DNA of 64,000 nucleotides from the human T2T-CHM13v2.0 reference genome, Homo sapiens. The notes beneath the pieces are model-generated. The model saw nothing but the letters and a program-made list of their open reading frames with translations, made no database searches and had not been told where the DNA came from. Of this stretch, positions 40,238-59,180 are shown one piece after another. The stretch lies in assembly GCF_009914755.1 (NCBI RefSeq), contig NC_060947.1; one strand, 5' to 3'. The translations under genes and the position numbers were made by a program. Every line of letters begins with the position of its first letter. Position 1 is the stretch's first letter.

Positions 40238-40508
40238 GTTTTTTGTGTTTTGTTTGTTTGTTTTTTGAGACAGAGTCACTTTGTCACCTAGGCTGGAGTG
40301 CAGCAATGAGATCTCCCCTCACTGCAGCTTCGACCTCCTGACTCAAGCAATCCTCCCACCTCAGCCCCCCAAGTAGCTGGAACTACAGGTGCATGCCACC
40401 ATGCCGGGCTAATTTTTTGTATTTTTTGCAAAGACAGGGTTTCGCTGTGTTACCCAGGCTGGTCTCGAAATCCTGAGCTCAAGCAATCTGCCCACCTTGG
40501 CCTCCCAA
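40238..40508 (-). mobile_element. 5'-truncated AluJ
   Basis: Antisense Alu; flanks aatt(a/t)gctag. Confidence 0.88.
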
Positions 40509-40982
40509 TTTGCTAGCATTTTGTTGAGGATTTTTACATTTATGTTCATCTGAGATATTGGCATGCAATTTTCCATTCTTGCAGTATCTTTTTCTGGCTT
40601 TGATATCAGGGTAAGGCTGGCCTTATAAATTGAGTTCGAAACTGCTCTCTCCTCTTCAATTTTTTGGAAGAATTAAGAAAAACTGTCCTTCAAAAATGAA
40701 GAGATAAATACTCTCCCAAACAAAAGCTAAGCAAGTTCATTACCACTCAACCTCTTTTTCATGTGTGTAAGATTAATCTATGTCATAGATTCATTTAAAT
40801 AACCTAGTTATTTATATATTTTGTGCCTATACAATCATGCATTACTTAACAATGGGATACATTCTGAAAAGTGTGTCATTAGGCAATTTTGTCATTGTGA
40901 GAACATCATAGTATACTTACACAAGCCTAAATAGTATAGCCCACTACACATCTAGGCTGTATGGTATAGCCTATTGCTCCTA

Positions 40983-41399
<417 letters not shown>

Positions 41400-42059
41400 T
41401 TATATATGGTATAAAAAACAAAAAAATGGTGCATCTATATAGAGCACTTACCATAAATGAAGCTTATAGGACTAGAAGTTGTTCTGAGTGAGTCAGTAAG
41501 TGATGAGTGAATGTGAAGGCCTAGAACATTACTGTACACTACTGTAGACTTTATAAACACTGTACACTTAGACTGCAATAGTTATTTTTTAAATGTTCTT
41601 GCTTTTATAATAAATTAACCTTAGCTTACTGTGAATGTTTATAAAGCTTACTTTATAAACTTTAAATTTTTTAACTTTTGAACTCTTTTGTATTAACACA
41701 GCTTAAAACACAAGCTCATTGTACAAGTGTACAAAATATTTTCTTTCTTTATATTCTTGCTCTGTAAGCTTTTTCACATTAAAAATTTTTTTTTTCACTT
41801 TTTAAACTGTTCGTTAAAAACTAAGACACAAACACATATATCAGCCTAGGCCTATACAGAGTCAGTATCAATATCACGGTCTTCTACCTCCATATTTTGT
41901 CTCACTGGGAGGTCTTCAGGGGCAATAACGTGCAAGAAGCTGTCATCTCCTAGGATAACAGTGCCTTCTTCTGGAATATCTCCAGAAGGGCTTGCCTGAG
42001 GCTGTTTTACAGTTAACTTTTTCTATAAGTAGAATGAATACACTCTAAAATAACAATAA

Positions 42060-42922
42060 GTTATCTCAGAATAGATATGCTTACTATGACCTTCCAAGTT
42101 TGACTTGCGTAACATCGTTGTCATCTGTACTCATCTATATCACCCTAACTTCATATTTTTTGATATGCACTTTGCAGGATGGCCTCAGCACTATGTGGAT
42201 TGAGTAGTGGGATTTGAATATTAAATATCTCCATAGCTAGGAAACATGGGAACAATTTAACATTGGTTTCTGAAAATATTCACATATTTTGGAATACCAG
42301 GTTGCTCAAAACTCAGTTCTGATATGTTGTGTCTTTGATTTTTATCCCCAGTGGCAGTTTTTCTAACTGGCCTTTTACCTGGATATAAAACAATAGTGCC
42401 TGCCACCACCATCAAATTGACCTGGTGCTATAATGCCAGTTGTACATGAGAAACTTGCTGGCATGTCTTCATTGGCACTATAAAATGTGGCTACAAAGAT
42501 AGGTTCTCAGAGTAAGAAGTCCATGTTGGTTAGGATTAACTTTGCCCCAGAACTCTGGTATAAGGCTCCTCAAATGTGACTGTGTGAATCTGGATGGGAT
42601 GATGAACTCAGTTCTATCTGCTCAATGCCATTGTGCAGAGAAGCACCCTAATGTATAAGCTTTTTATTGCTATAAAATATAATTGCTGAAATTAAGTGCT
42701 ACTTTTTCAGAGGTGAATTAATGGACAGTCTGGTCAAATTCAAAGCTTTTGATGAATAAAACTTGATAAATGGAACTATTCCATCAATAGGCAAAGTGTA
42801 ACAAAAACCTGTCTAGATGGATAGTATGTAATTTCTGCACATGTCTCTGTTTAGCAACTATATCACTGTATACCGACCAGGAATCTTGCTCCAATAAAAG
42901 AACATAGATTAATTGATTAGCC
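42060..42922 (+). pseudogene. Processed-pseudogene fragment (mRNA 3'UTR only); tentatively PCNP-like from memory
   Basis: Non-repeat-like block splitting contiguous Tigger3 sequence (ctctaaaataacaataa | ataaaagtatagtatag); AATAAA at 42893-42898 near its end; no CDS. Confidence 0.65.
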
Positions 42923-43310
42923 ATAAAAGTATAGTATAGTAAATACATAAACCAGTAAATAGTCATTTATTATCATGATCAAGTATTATGTACTGTACAT
43001 AATTGTTATGTGCTGGGCTTTTATACAACTGGCAGTGCAGTAGGTTTATTTACGCTAGCATCACCACAAACACGTAAATAATGTAATGAGCTATGAAGTT
43101 ATGACAACTACAACATCACTAAGTGATAGGAAATTGTTAGCTTCGTTATAATCTTATGGGACCACCATTGTATATGTGGTCCATCATTGACCAAAATGTT
43201 ATTATACAGTATATGACTGTAGCCTAGCTGCCCCCTTTAAAGGATGTAGTCAAGTCACAATTTATTCATTTACATAGTAGTTTGCATAGTGCCTTTGTTA
43301 TCTAGAGCAT

Positions 43311-43775
43311 TGTCTTGGTCTATTTTCTGTTGCTATAACAGAATATCTGAGCCTGGGTAATTTATAAAGAAAAAAGGTTTATTTAGCTCGTGGTTCTGCA
43401 GGCTAGAAAGTCCAAGATTGGGAGGCTGTATCTGGTGGCTTCTGTGAGAGCCTTGTTCTGTATTATAACATGTCAGAGAAGCTGAAGGAGAAGAGGGCAT
43501 GCAAAAGGGAGAGGGAACAAAAGAAGCTGACCTGCTTTATAACAATCTACTCTCACAAGAACTAACCCAGTCCCACAAGAACTGATTCTGTCCCGTGAGA
43601 ATGAGAACTCATTCACTAGAAGGGCACCAATTCACCTATAAGGGTGGAGTCCCCATGAGCTAAATACCTCCCATTAGACCCCACCTCTTAAAGGTCCCAC
43701 TTGCCAACATTGCCACACTGGGACCAAGCCTTAATATGAATTTTGGTGGGAACAAGCCATATTTAAACAATAGCA
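43311..43775 (-). mobile_element. MaLR solo LTR (MST-like)
   Basis: tgtctt...tgctataacagaatatctgagcctgggtaatttataaag...aaacaatagca. Confidence 0.85.
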
Positions 43776-44879
43776 GGTAGCCTTAATTTTTAAGGAAGTA
43801 ATAAAAAATAAAGTATGATACATTTTTCTATGAAACTTTCTTTTCTGGTTCATTCTGTTTCACATTTTATTTAAAATGATCAAAAAAATGAGGATGTTTA
43901 GGACATTTACTGAGTCAAACTTCCCTGACTCAAGCTTTCTCATTATAGCAGTTACAGTCTGTGAATTCCTAAGCACTAGTCAATAAAAGTCTATGAAAGT
44001 ACAAAGCTTTATTATTCATTGTGAACTCCATTAAAAATTCAACCAAACTTTACATTTTGTTCTCAGATGTCACTCCTGAATCTAAGATTAAATTTTGAGT
44101 TTACTTTTCTCCCTGAAATGATATTTGCTTTAAGAAGCACTTAGGAACATTTCAAAATTTTGTTGTATTATTCATCAGACTTTCCTCAGCCTTCTGTATC
44201 CAGGAAATCCGGCCCACTATTTTTCTCTGTAATGATATAAAGGAATTAGAGTAGAGGCTGGGGTCTCTGATGTGATTACAAAAGAGTCACTTGTAAACTA
44301 AATAGCTGAAAAAGAAATTAAAGTTTCCTAGGTCAACCTGCATTTGTTTAGGTCCAAATGAGGTTTGGTGAAGAAATTGGAAAGTAGAAGGTGAATAGAC
44401 CTTATACAGTCTCTAGGGTAGGAAAGAGGGAAGGCATTTTCATATCATTATAGACTTTTCAAGTCTGGAATAATTAAGGAAACTTAAAGATTATCTACTC
44501 AAATCACCCATCTGGTGCTAAAGTATCCTTTATAACACCATCACAAACTATTTGTCTAGCCTCTGCTTAGACACCTGCAACAACCGTTAATAAAGCCAAT
44601 TCCAGTTTTCTGACATTGATTCAAATCTTGTGGCTTCCACCAATTAATTCTAGTTCTATTTTATGAACTCATTCAGAAAGAGATTAATGCCTCTTCCTTA
44701 AATATTTGAAAACAGCTTTCATATCCTCCACAACATGGCATCACTAGGCTGAACACCCTTAGCTTCTTCACGTGTTCCTCCTATGACAGTGGTGGTGCTT
44801 AATAAATATTTGCAGAATGAATAAATAAGTGGTTACTCTTCTTTGAATATATTTCAGCTTGTCTATGTAATTTCAAAAA

Positions 44880-45390
<511 letters not shown>

Positions 45391-45954
45391 TGTTTTTAAA
45401 GGTGTAACTCGAAAATGAACACCAACACCTCAAGTGTGGAACACAGTAAAGTATGACCAGCACCTCCATTTTCGATATTGCATTTCCACTAACATAACCT
45501 AAGATCAGTTTAATGTTTGAAAGGACACTTAAACACTATTGGCACACATTCAGCTTACTCTTTTAAAGGGGCAGCATTCTCAAACTATAATCAGGCCATT
45601 GGTTTTTTGAACTCAAGTATATGAACTTGTATTTTTCCCCTGTGAAATTCTTGTTTCTTGATATTTAGTCAGTCTCTCTAACTCATCAATCTCTTTGAGT
45701 TTGAATCTTGCTAACTAATACAGTTATCATTCCTCCATGTTTGTGTTGACTGCAAAACAAATTAGCTAATCATACTTTCTATATCTTCTTGAGAAAATTG
45801 ATGGGCAGAAAAAGTCTACAGGAAGACCCCTGTGGCAAACCACTGGAAACTTCCTTCAAGGGTGCCATCATTTCACTTTCACTTTCATCAGCACCCTTTG
45901 AGCACAATCATTCAGCCAGTTGCCAATTCACAAGATTGGTTAAACAGTCAGCCC

Positions 45955-46420
45955 ATTCATAGCAGCATTATTCACAATAGCTGAAAAGTAGAAGCAACCC
46001 AAGTATCCATCAACAGATGAATGGATAAGCAAAATGTGATATATGCATACAAAAAATTCGGTCTTAGAAAATATATGAAATTCTGATACGTGCTATAATA
46101 TGAATGAACCTTGAAAACGTGCCACGTGAAATAAGCCAATCACAAAAAGACAAATATTGTATGATTCCACTTATATGACATACCTAGGTTAGTCAAATTC
46201 ATAGAGACAGAATGTAGCATAGAGGTTACCAGGAGCCAGGGGAAGGAGGAAATAATAAGTTATTGTTTAATGGGTACAGATTTTCTGTTTGGATTGATGA
46301 AAAAGTTCTGGAAATGGAGACTGGTGATGGTTTCACAAAATTGTGGCTGTACTTAATGCCACTGAATTGTATGTGTTAAAATGGTAAATTTCATGTTTCG
46401 TGGATTTTAACATTTTTTAA
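45955..46420 (+). mobile_element. L1MB-type 3' end
   Basis: ttcatagcagcattattcacaatagc...gttctggaaatggagactggtgatgg. Confidence 0.85.
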
Positions 46421-46719
46421 AAGCCAGTCAACCCATATTTGTTCACTTGTCAAACAGCCCTTGTCAAATGCCTTGCTGAAGTCCAGAGCACTATACCTAT
46501 ATTACATGATCAAGCAGTTTGGTAATCCAGTCAAATCTGCCTAAATTACCCTGCCAAAGAAAGAAATGAAATTATATATATATACATAAAATTCAAATTG
46601 GTCCCTTCTCTATCCAAGTACTCAAAAACATTTTAAATAATGCTTGCTAGAATCTTATTTGTGTCAACATCAAACATGTCTTTGGGCGAAAATACTCTGT
46701 GGTGTTATTAAGTATCAAG

Positions 46720-46900
46720 CACCTAGCATTCATCATTCAAATCATTATCTTGCATGTTAGGTATATCCTCTTTTTACACGTGGGAAAAACTGAGTCTCAG
46801 AGAATTATTTATGTGACTTAACCAAAGTCACATAGTAGTAAGAGTCAGAGCCAGGATTAATCACATTGTTGTCTACTTCCAATGACTTTATATATTCCTC
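46720..46900 (-). mobile_element. MIR
   Basis: gggaaaaactgagtctcagaga...gtcacatag...cagagccagg. Confidence 0.6.
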
Positions 46901-47224
46901 AAAGCTCTTTTGCCTACTTCCACTCCTGTATTTCTTTTCTCCACAATTCTTCAATCAGAGAAGAAAGGAACACAATAAGAGTTGAAGAGTTAGGTCCTTC
47001 TCTATGTCATCTATCAAACTGCATCATCAGCTCAAAGCACTAGGTATATATCTTTCCTAATATTCCTCCTCCTGCTGCTCTGAATATAAATTTCCTAAGA
47101 GTCTTTTTAAGTTTGCAGCATTTATTGCAAGTTTCAGATCTTTTAGAGCTCCTTGTCACTATTCAAAATTAGTTATGCCACCCTTTATGTATTTGTTTTT
47201 GCTTATATGTCCTTCCCTTTTCGT

Positions 47225-47950
47225 TTTCATTCCGTCATTTTTTTTCAGTCAGCAAATGTTAACTGAGTACCATATGGGTTAGGCACTGAGAGTATGGTGT
47301 TTAGCATGATGAACACCGTTCCTGTCCTCATGGAGTTTATATCTAGTGAGAAAAACAGTTGAGAAGACAACTGTTTTACAATTGTGTTACAATGGAAAAA
47401 GTGCTATGATAAGGGTAAACCACTGAGTTCTGTGAAAGCTTAGAGGAGGGAAACCGAATCTTAACCCTATTAAAGGTACACGGTAGGATAAGTGAAGGGA
47501 GGTAAGGCAGGACCATGGAAATCTTCCAGGAAACGACATGTGAAGTGAATTTTAAAGGATTATTATTAGGCTTGGAGGAGAGGTCAGGGAAAGTGATTCA
47601 CACTAGAAGGGCCAAAATGTTCAAAGGCCCAGAAGTAAAAGAGAGTTGGATGACTTCAGGGAATATGAATAATGTGGTGTGGCTGAAATACAGGATGAAA
47701 GCAGAGGAGTACATTTGTTGGAGATGGAAAAAGTAATGTAGATCACAATCATGCAAAACCTCGTAAACTATACACAAACTATGCTAGGGTGATTGGACTT
47801 TATCCTGAAAGTTATAGGAAGTGTTTGATTGATTTGAAGCAGGGAAGTAGCATGAGATGAATGTCTTATTTTCTAGTCAATCTGAAAGCAGGGTGGAGAA
47901 TGAATTGGGTGGGGGTATGAAGAATGGAAGTGTCAAGACCAGCGAAGAAG
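47225..47950 (-). mobile_element. L2 3' fragment
   Basis: cagcaaatgttaactgagtacc...cctgtcctcatggagtttatatctagtg. Confidence 0.7.
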
Positions 47951-48201
47951 ATGCTATATGGGGTAGGAGGCTAAAAACTTAAGAGAAAAATCTCTGAAAA
48001 TCAAAGCAGGGTTTTCTAGTCTCCTGTTGCTGAGGAGGCAAAGAGCAACATTAGGGACTCTCCAAGGGGAGAGCCCTGGTAAGTATTGCAGGCCCTGGAG
48101 GGGTCTGCTCTGGGAACAAGTGAGAAGCAAGCCAGCCCGAGCATTACCAAACTGCAACCAACCTTAACTAGCTAAGCCCCTGACTAGGATAAGATGATTG
48201 A

Positions 48202-48407
48202 CAACCAGAGCAAGGATTCATCACAATGTTGTCTACTTCCAATGACTTTATATTAGATTGGTGAAAAAAGTTATTGCAGTTTTTGTCATTATTTTTAAAA
48301 TGGCAAAAACCGCAGTTACTTTTGCACCAACCTAATATATTCCTCCAGGCTCCTTTGCCTTCTTCCACTCCTGCAAGACATTTCTCTTCTCCACAATTCT
48401 TCAATCA
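48202..48407 (+). repeat. Dispersed local duplicate of 46846-46959, flanked by a 20-bp direct repeat
   Basis: Matches cagag..ggatt.atcaca.tgttgtctacttccaatgactttata...ctccacaattcttcaatcaga; flanks gact(a/g)ggataagatgattga at 48182-48201 and 48408-48427. Confidence 0.85.
48253..48335. mobile_element. MADE1 (Hsmar1-derived MITE)
   Basis: ttagattggtg...tttgcaccaacctaa palindrome; TA duplication confirmed by the empty paralogous site at ~46890. Confidence 0.92.
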
Positions 48408-48587
48408 GACTGGGATAAGATGATTGATCACTCATTCTATCTGGCTAGCAGAGAAAAGCCCTAAGAAAAGGATGAACACTTTCTGAAGGAAAAGAACACG
48501 ATCAAGAGTCAGAGTCTCTACAATGTTTAGATACAACGTCCAGCATTTAATTAAAAATTACTAGGTATGTCACAAGAAATAAAACTA

Positions 48588-49068
<481 letters not shown>

Positions 49069-49714
49069 TTAGAACTGAAAGCCAGTATTTGAAATTAGGA
49101 ACTAAATATAGGCATTTAACAACAACATACACCTGGGAGAAGACAGAATTGGTAACCTGGAAGACAGTTAAATGCATAGCGCCCAAGTCAAAGCAAAGCA
49201 CAGAGAGAAAAAAGAATAAAATATTTAGAAAAGAACAAACATATGGGACACATTGTAAATGTCTAATATACATGTAATTTAAGGCCCAGAAGGAGAGGAA
49301 AGAGAACAAATGGGGCAGAAGTAATTTCGAAGAGAAAATGAACATTTTTCTAAACTGAGTAAAGATGCCCAAGAAATTCTGTGAACCACATACAGAACAA
49401 ATACACACATACAAAAAGATACATATAGGCAGGTCATCATAAAACTGTTGAAGAGCAAAGACAAAATCTTAAAAGAGGCCAAAAGAAAAAGAACAAATTA
49501 CCTTCAATAAAGCAAAATAAGTTTTAAAACTGACTTCTCCATTCCACCTTTGAGCATTTTAAAATCAACTCACTTAAAATCAGGGATACATTTATGATTA
49601 TGCCTTTAGTTCTTCTCATTACAACTTCAGCTTACTGTCAACACAGTCACTTTCTTTCAATGCTATCAACACTTCCATATTATCAACAGGTTCTTCAGAG
49701 TGAGGCGCCTACTC

Positions 49715-50260
<546 letters not shown>

Positions 50261-50261
50261 A

Positions 50262-50362
50262 GACTATTTTTTAAGAGCAGTTTTAGATTCACAGCAAAAC
50301 TGAGGGGAAGGTAGAGAGATTTCCCATATATCCCCTGCCCCCACACATGCACCGCCTCCCAA
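50262..50362 (-). mobile_element. L1MC/MD-type 3' end fragment
   Basis: agcagttttagattcacagcaaaactgag...ttcccatatatcccctgccc. Confidence 0.65.
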
Positions 50363-50489
50363 TATCTTATTTTAAGATGTAAAATTTTCAGCAGAGTAAG
50401 TAAACAGTTTACCAGATGCTTCACTTTCTACAGAAAGAGAAGCAACTTCCACCATCTGATGATGAAGAGTATGATGGTGATCATGATGA

Positions 50490-50700
50490 CTCTAACTACC
50501 ATTTATTAGAGCAGTCACTATGTGCCAATTTACCTTTATTTACCCTGAACAGCAGCCCTATAAAACAAGAACTATTATCATTTCCACTCTACAACTGGGG
50601 AAACTGAGGCTTAAAGAAGTTAAGTGACATGCTTAGAGTGGCAGAGCCAAGATCCAATCCAATAGGTACCTGACCTTGAAGTTTGTGCTTAGATTGTTAG
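50490..50700 (-). mobile_element. MIR
   Basis: ggggaaactgaggcttaaagaagttaagtgac. Confidence 0.7.
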
Positions 50701-51630
50701 ATGACCCCCATTGCTTGCCTATGCCAGGCTGGCCATTGCCCTTGGCAAGTCTGTTCACACAGTCCACATGAAAGATCTGTGTTATACCCCACAGTGGCAC
50801 CACTTCCATGCCTCCTTCCATTAGCCTGACTCAGTTTACTCCATGGTTTCTTCACTCTGATCTTTGTACTTGCATATGAATGCTTCTGGAGTCCCATACT
50901 ATGATATTTCCCTGTGATTTTGTCTTTTAATGTAGTTACCATTCCACTGTATTTTGAACTTTCCTTTCTTCTCCACCTTGCACTTGTCTCAATGGCATCT
51001 CAGTCCTTTCCCACAAGTTTTCAGTCTCCTTTAGTAAGTAGCATTGTTTCAGTTTAGTAACTAAGATTCAATCATGCCGATTTCTAAGCTTCACTCTTTG
51101 ATTCCATTGAAAGCACTCTTTTTGTAGGGTAGGAAAGAGTTTCCAACAGGGGTCTAGACCAGAGTAGGGAGTTTCCTTCTCTCTTGCTTTCTCCGCCCTC
51201 TTCTCTGCACCAAGGACTTTAGAGTTGGGATAGGAAAAAGTGAGCGGAAAGCAGACTGTCATTTTGTCTGACCATCTGTGGTGAGATTCCACTCCCCTAT
51301 TTATGGGTCATCCTTACAGCAGAGTGGATAGTAATGATCCTCAAAATGTATAAAACGCCCAGAGGAGATACAAGATGTTCCGTTTGTGCTGTAAGAAAAT
51401 ATTAGAACTTCTACCTATAATTCTTCTAATTCAAATAAAATTATAAAAGTCAGCTTTACTAACGTTTAATGTGCATATTGACATCAGAAACTTCCCCAAA
51501 TCCACATATCAGATGATCACACACAAGGCCTAGAGGATTCTTGAGTAAGAGGGAGAGTTCCACAAAGCAAACGGCTTGCCAATAGTACTCTACCACACGC
51601 CTTGGTTTTTGCAATTTACCTGTGGAGGAT

Positions 51631-51960
51631 TGCTATGGTTTGAATGATGGCTTCCCCTCCAAAATTCATGTTGAAACTTAATTCTCAATGCAACAATAGT
51701 AAGAGGTGTGGCCTTTGGGAAGTGATTAAGTCATGAGGCTCTGCCCTTATGAATGAGATTAGCACCCTTATGAAAGGGCTTGACGTTGAAGGGAGCATTC
51801 TTTTGCCCTTCCACCTTCCACCATGAGGACACAGAGTTCTTCACCTCCAGAGGATGCAACAACAAGGCACCACGTTGGAAATGCAGATCAGTTCTTCAAC
51901 AGACACTGAACCTGCCCATACGTTGATCTAGGAGTCCCAGACTCAAGAACTGTGAAAAGA
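51631..51960 (+). mobile_element. MaLR LTR (MST/MLT1A-like), 3'-truncated
   Basis: tgctatggtttgaatg...caaaattcatgttgaaactta. Confidence 0.85.
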
Positions 51961-51994
51961 CAAAGACAAGGGTTAAATGTATTCATGCATATTA

Positions 51995-52429
<435 letters not shown>

Positions 52430-52516
52430 TCATTCTCCCAGTATAAGCGCTTCTTCATCTCTATGTCCTGGTGAAGACTGAAACACTGTACTTAGATATG
52501 AAAAAGTCAGTTAAAA

Positions 52517-52945
<429 letters not shown>

Positions 52946-53026
52946 TAGTTAAAACATAAGCATCTCTCCTCATCCAATTCTGTTGTCTGTTCCCTTTATT
53001 CTTTGATACAATATAAAGAGATAGAG

Positions 53027-54096
<1,070 letters not shown>

Positions 54097-54502
54097 TCAA
54101 AGTTTTAATCCTGGATGATTGGAACAGTTATGATGTAGAAGGTTGAGAACAAAATGCTAGATAATGTTGCTTTTGGGTAAGTTAAGACTGAGGTCAAAAG
54201 AAGATGTCTCTAAAAAGCCTCAGTAATGCACACACACACACACACATACAATAGTGCACACAGAGATATATACTTAAAGAGTTTCACTTTGAAGAACTTG
54301 AAAAAGTGGATTTGTAAATTCAAATTTCTATAAATGGAAGCGTATTGCCACAGAATGCCAAAGCAATGTACTATGTAAGACTTTTTTAAAAATATGGATA
54401 TTAAATGTTGAGTGCATTTGTAACTAATAACACATTTGGAGTGAAAAGTGTCAGTTCTAAAGTGGTGGTACATAAAAAAGTGTAAGCACCATGCCATTTT
54501 AA

Positions 54503-54844
<342 letters not shown>

Positions 54845-55214
54845 AAAACATTAGTTTTAAAACATGATTTCTCAACAGAAACAATGGTAGAGGAAACACA
54901 AAGTAATGGCATTGTTATAGTGTGAAAAAATGACTGCAAAATCACAAATCCATAACCAGAGAAAATACTCTTAAAAAATAAAAGTACCATAAAGACATTT
55001 CAGGCAAACAAAATCTGAATGAATTTATAGTTAGCTGGCCTGAACTGAATGGAGTTCTTCAAGCAAAAGGGAACTAATCCCAGGTAGACAATAAAAAATG
55101 CAGGAAGGAATGAGGAGCAATGGACAGATAAATATGTGGGTAAAAAGAAATCAGTTTGATTGTAGAAAGCAATAATAGTAAACTTTCATAGAATTAAAAT
55201 GCATGACAACACCA

Positions 55215-55622
55215 TGGAGTTTGGACCGGGTTCATCCCAATCCCTCATTTCAGAGTTGGGCATACAATACTGACCTGGCCAATAAAATACCATGATGACT
55301 GGTTAAGTGAGGGGTATATGACCAAAGATGAAGCCATAAGAACCAACAAGTACCAGCCCTAAAACTAATCAAAAGTATCGTGATGTAAGCGTTCTTTTTT
55401 CATTGGGGTTGCTAAACAGCAGGATGTAAGCCTTGAGATTCCAAGGGCCATCTTAATGTAACAGTGAGATGGCTTATCTGAAATGAATCCAGAACAGAAG
55501 GAAGCAGAGATGACAGCTGGAGAGAGATTGATATTGGATTTAAGCTCCTTGATCCAGCCATATCTGAACCTAGTCCTACCTCTGAAATTTGTATGTATGT
55601 GTCAACTTCTTTCTTTCTTTTT
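55215..55622 (+). mobile_element. ERVL LTR (LTR16-like)
   Basis: tgacctggccaat...gggccatctt...gatccagccatatctgaacc. Confidence 0.55.
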
Positions 55623-55945
55623 TAACAGTGAACACAATAATGGAAAATGAGAGTATAAATGAAGTTAAAGAGCTTTTGGATTATAACGTTATTGGGAAAG
55701 TGGGAAAATATGACATTATTGGGAAAGTGGGAAAAAATAATTTGTATTAGGCCCCAAGAAGTCAAAGATGCATGTGTAATCTCTAAGGTAAGCACTAAAA
55801 AGTAAAAAAAAAATGTACAACCAATCAAGCTAATAGAAGAGAAAACTTGAATAACAACAATAAAAGATTAATCTAAAAGAAAATGAAAAAGAAAAGTGAA
55901 GGAAACATAAAACAGTATGATCAAACAGAAAAATATGTGAGAGTT

Positions 55946-56258
55946 GGCTAGGCGCAGTTACTCACGCCTGTAATCCCAGCACTTTGGGAGGCTGAGGCAG
56001 GTGGATCATGAGGTCAGGGGATCGAGACCATCCTGGCTAACATGGTGAAACCCTGTCTCTACTAAGAATACAAAAAAATTAGCCAGGCGTGGTGGCGGCT
56101 GCCTGTAGTCCCAGCTACTCAGGAGGCCGAGGCTGGAGAATGGTGTGAACTTGGGAGGCAGAGGTTGCAGTGAGCCGAGATCACGCCACCGCACTCCAGC
56201 CTGGGTGACAGAGCGAGACTCCGTCTCAAAAAAAAAAAAAAAAAGAAAAAGAAAAAAA
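55946..56258 (+). mobile_element. AluY/Sc-like
   Basis: Full Alu; TSD gaaaaatatgtg(a/g)gagtt. Confidence 0.94.
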
Positions 56259-56372
56259 GAAAAATATGTGGGAGTTAAAAACCCCAGATATATTGCTAAT
56301 TAAAAGTAAATGGACTGGTGATGAAAACGTTCTAAAATTGATTGTGGTGATGCTTGCATAACTCGGTGACTA

Positions 56373-57118
<746 letters not shown>

Positions 57119-57541
57119 CTAATTTTAAGTGAATGGATTAAATATACCAAACAATCAAAATTATTAGACTGAATAAAGATAAAACCCAACTACATACAGC
57201 TTACAGAAGATACACCTTAAATATAAGGTTGAAAGTAAAAGAATGGAGAAAGATATATCCTGCAAGTACTAACCACAAGAAAGCTGACACTGCTGTACTA
57301 TTTATAATATCAAACAAAACATGACTAGAGATAAAGAATAATATTTTATGATGATAAAAGAATCAATCCACCAGGGTAATACAACACATTTTAAAGCTAC
57401 ATGCACCCATAACAGACATAAAGCAAAAATTAATGGAACTAAAAGGAGAAATAGACAAATCCACAACCATCATAGAAAGTTTAAACAGATGCTTTCTAGT
57501 AGATGATAGAACAAGGAAACAAAAAATTATTAAGAAGATAA

Positions 57542-57855
<314 letters not shown>

Positions 57856-58074
57856 TTAACCATCTTCTCTCTCTTTCTCCCTCATTTTATATATATTATA
57901 AGTATATATAGAGACAGCCATGTGCCACATGACAACATTTTGATCAACAATGAACCACATATATGACAGTGATCCCATGAGGTTATAACGGACCTAGCTG
58001 AAAAATTCCTGTTGTCTAGTGACAGCATAGCCATCATAACATCACAGCACAATTACTTTTTAAAAATAAATTTA

Positions 58075-58385
<311 letters not shown>

Positions 58386-58523
58386 TTAGTGTAGCCTCAA
58401 TGTATAGTGTTTATAAAGCCTACAATAGTGTACAGCAATGTCCTTGACCTTCACGTTTACCCACCACTCACTCACTGAATCACCCAGAGCAACTTGCAAT
58501 CCTGCAAACTCCATCCATGCTAA

Positions 58524-58892
<369 letters not shown>

Positions 58893-59133
58893 TAGATATA
58901 CAGATACTCACCATTGTGTTACAATTGCCTACAGTATTCAGTACAGTAAAATGCTGTACAGATTTGTAGCCTAGGAGCAATAGTTTATATCCTATAGCCT
59001 AGGTATACAGTAGGCTATACCATCTAGGTTTGTGTAAGTATACTCTATAATTTTCACACAATGACAAAATCACCTAATAGCACATGACTGTATATGGAAT
59101 GAAAGACAGAGAGGGAGGTTTGTTAATTTTGTT

Positions 59134-59180
59134 ACACACACACACAACACACACACACACACACACACACGCACGCACAC
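59134..59180. repeat. (CA)n microsatellite
   Basis: Seen directly. Confidence 0.95.

Noticed and set aside
51320-51620. Possible hAT/Charlie-type DNA transposon fragment
   Set aside because: Only a vague resemblance; no TIR or 8-bp TSD could be identified
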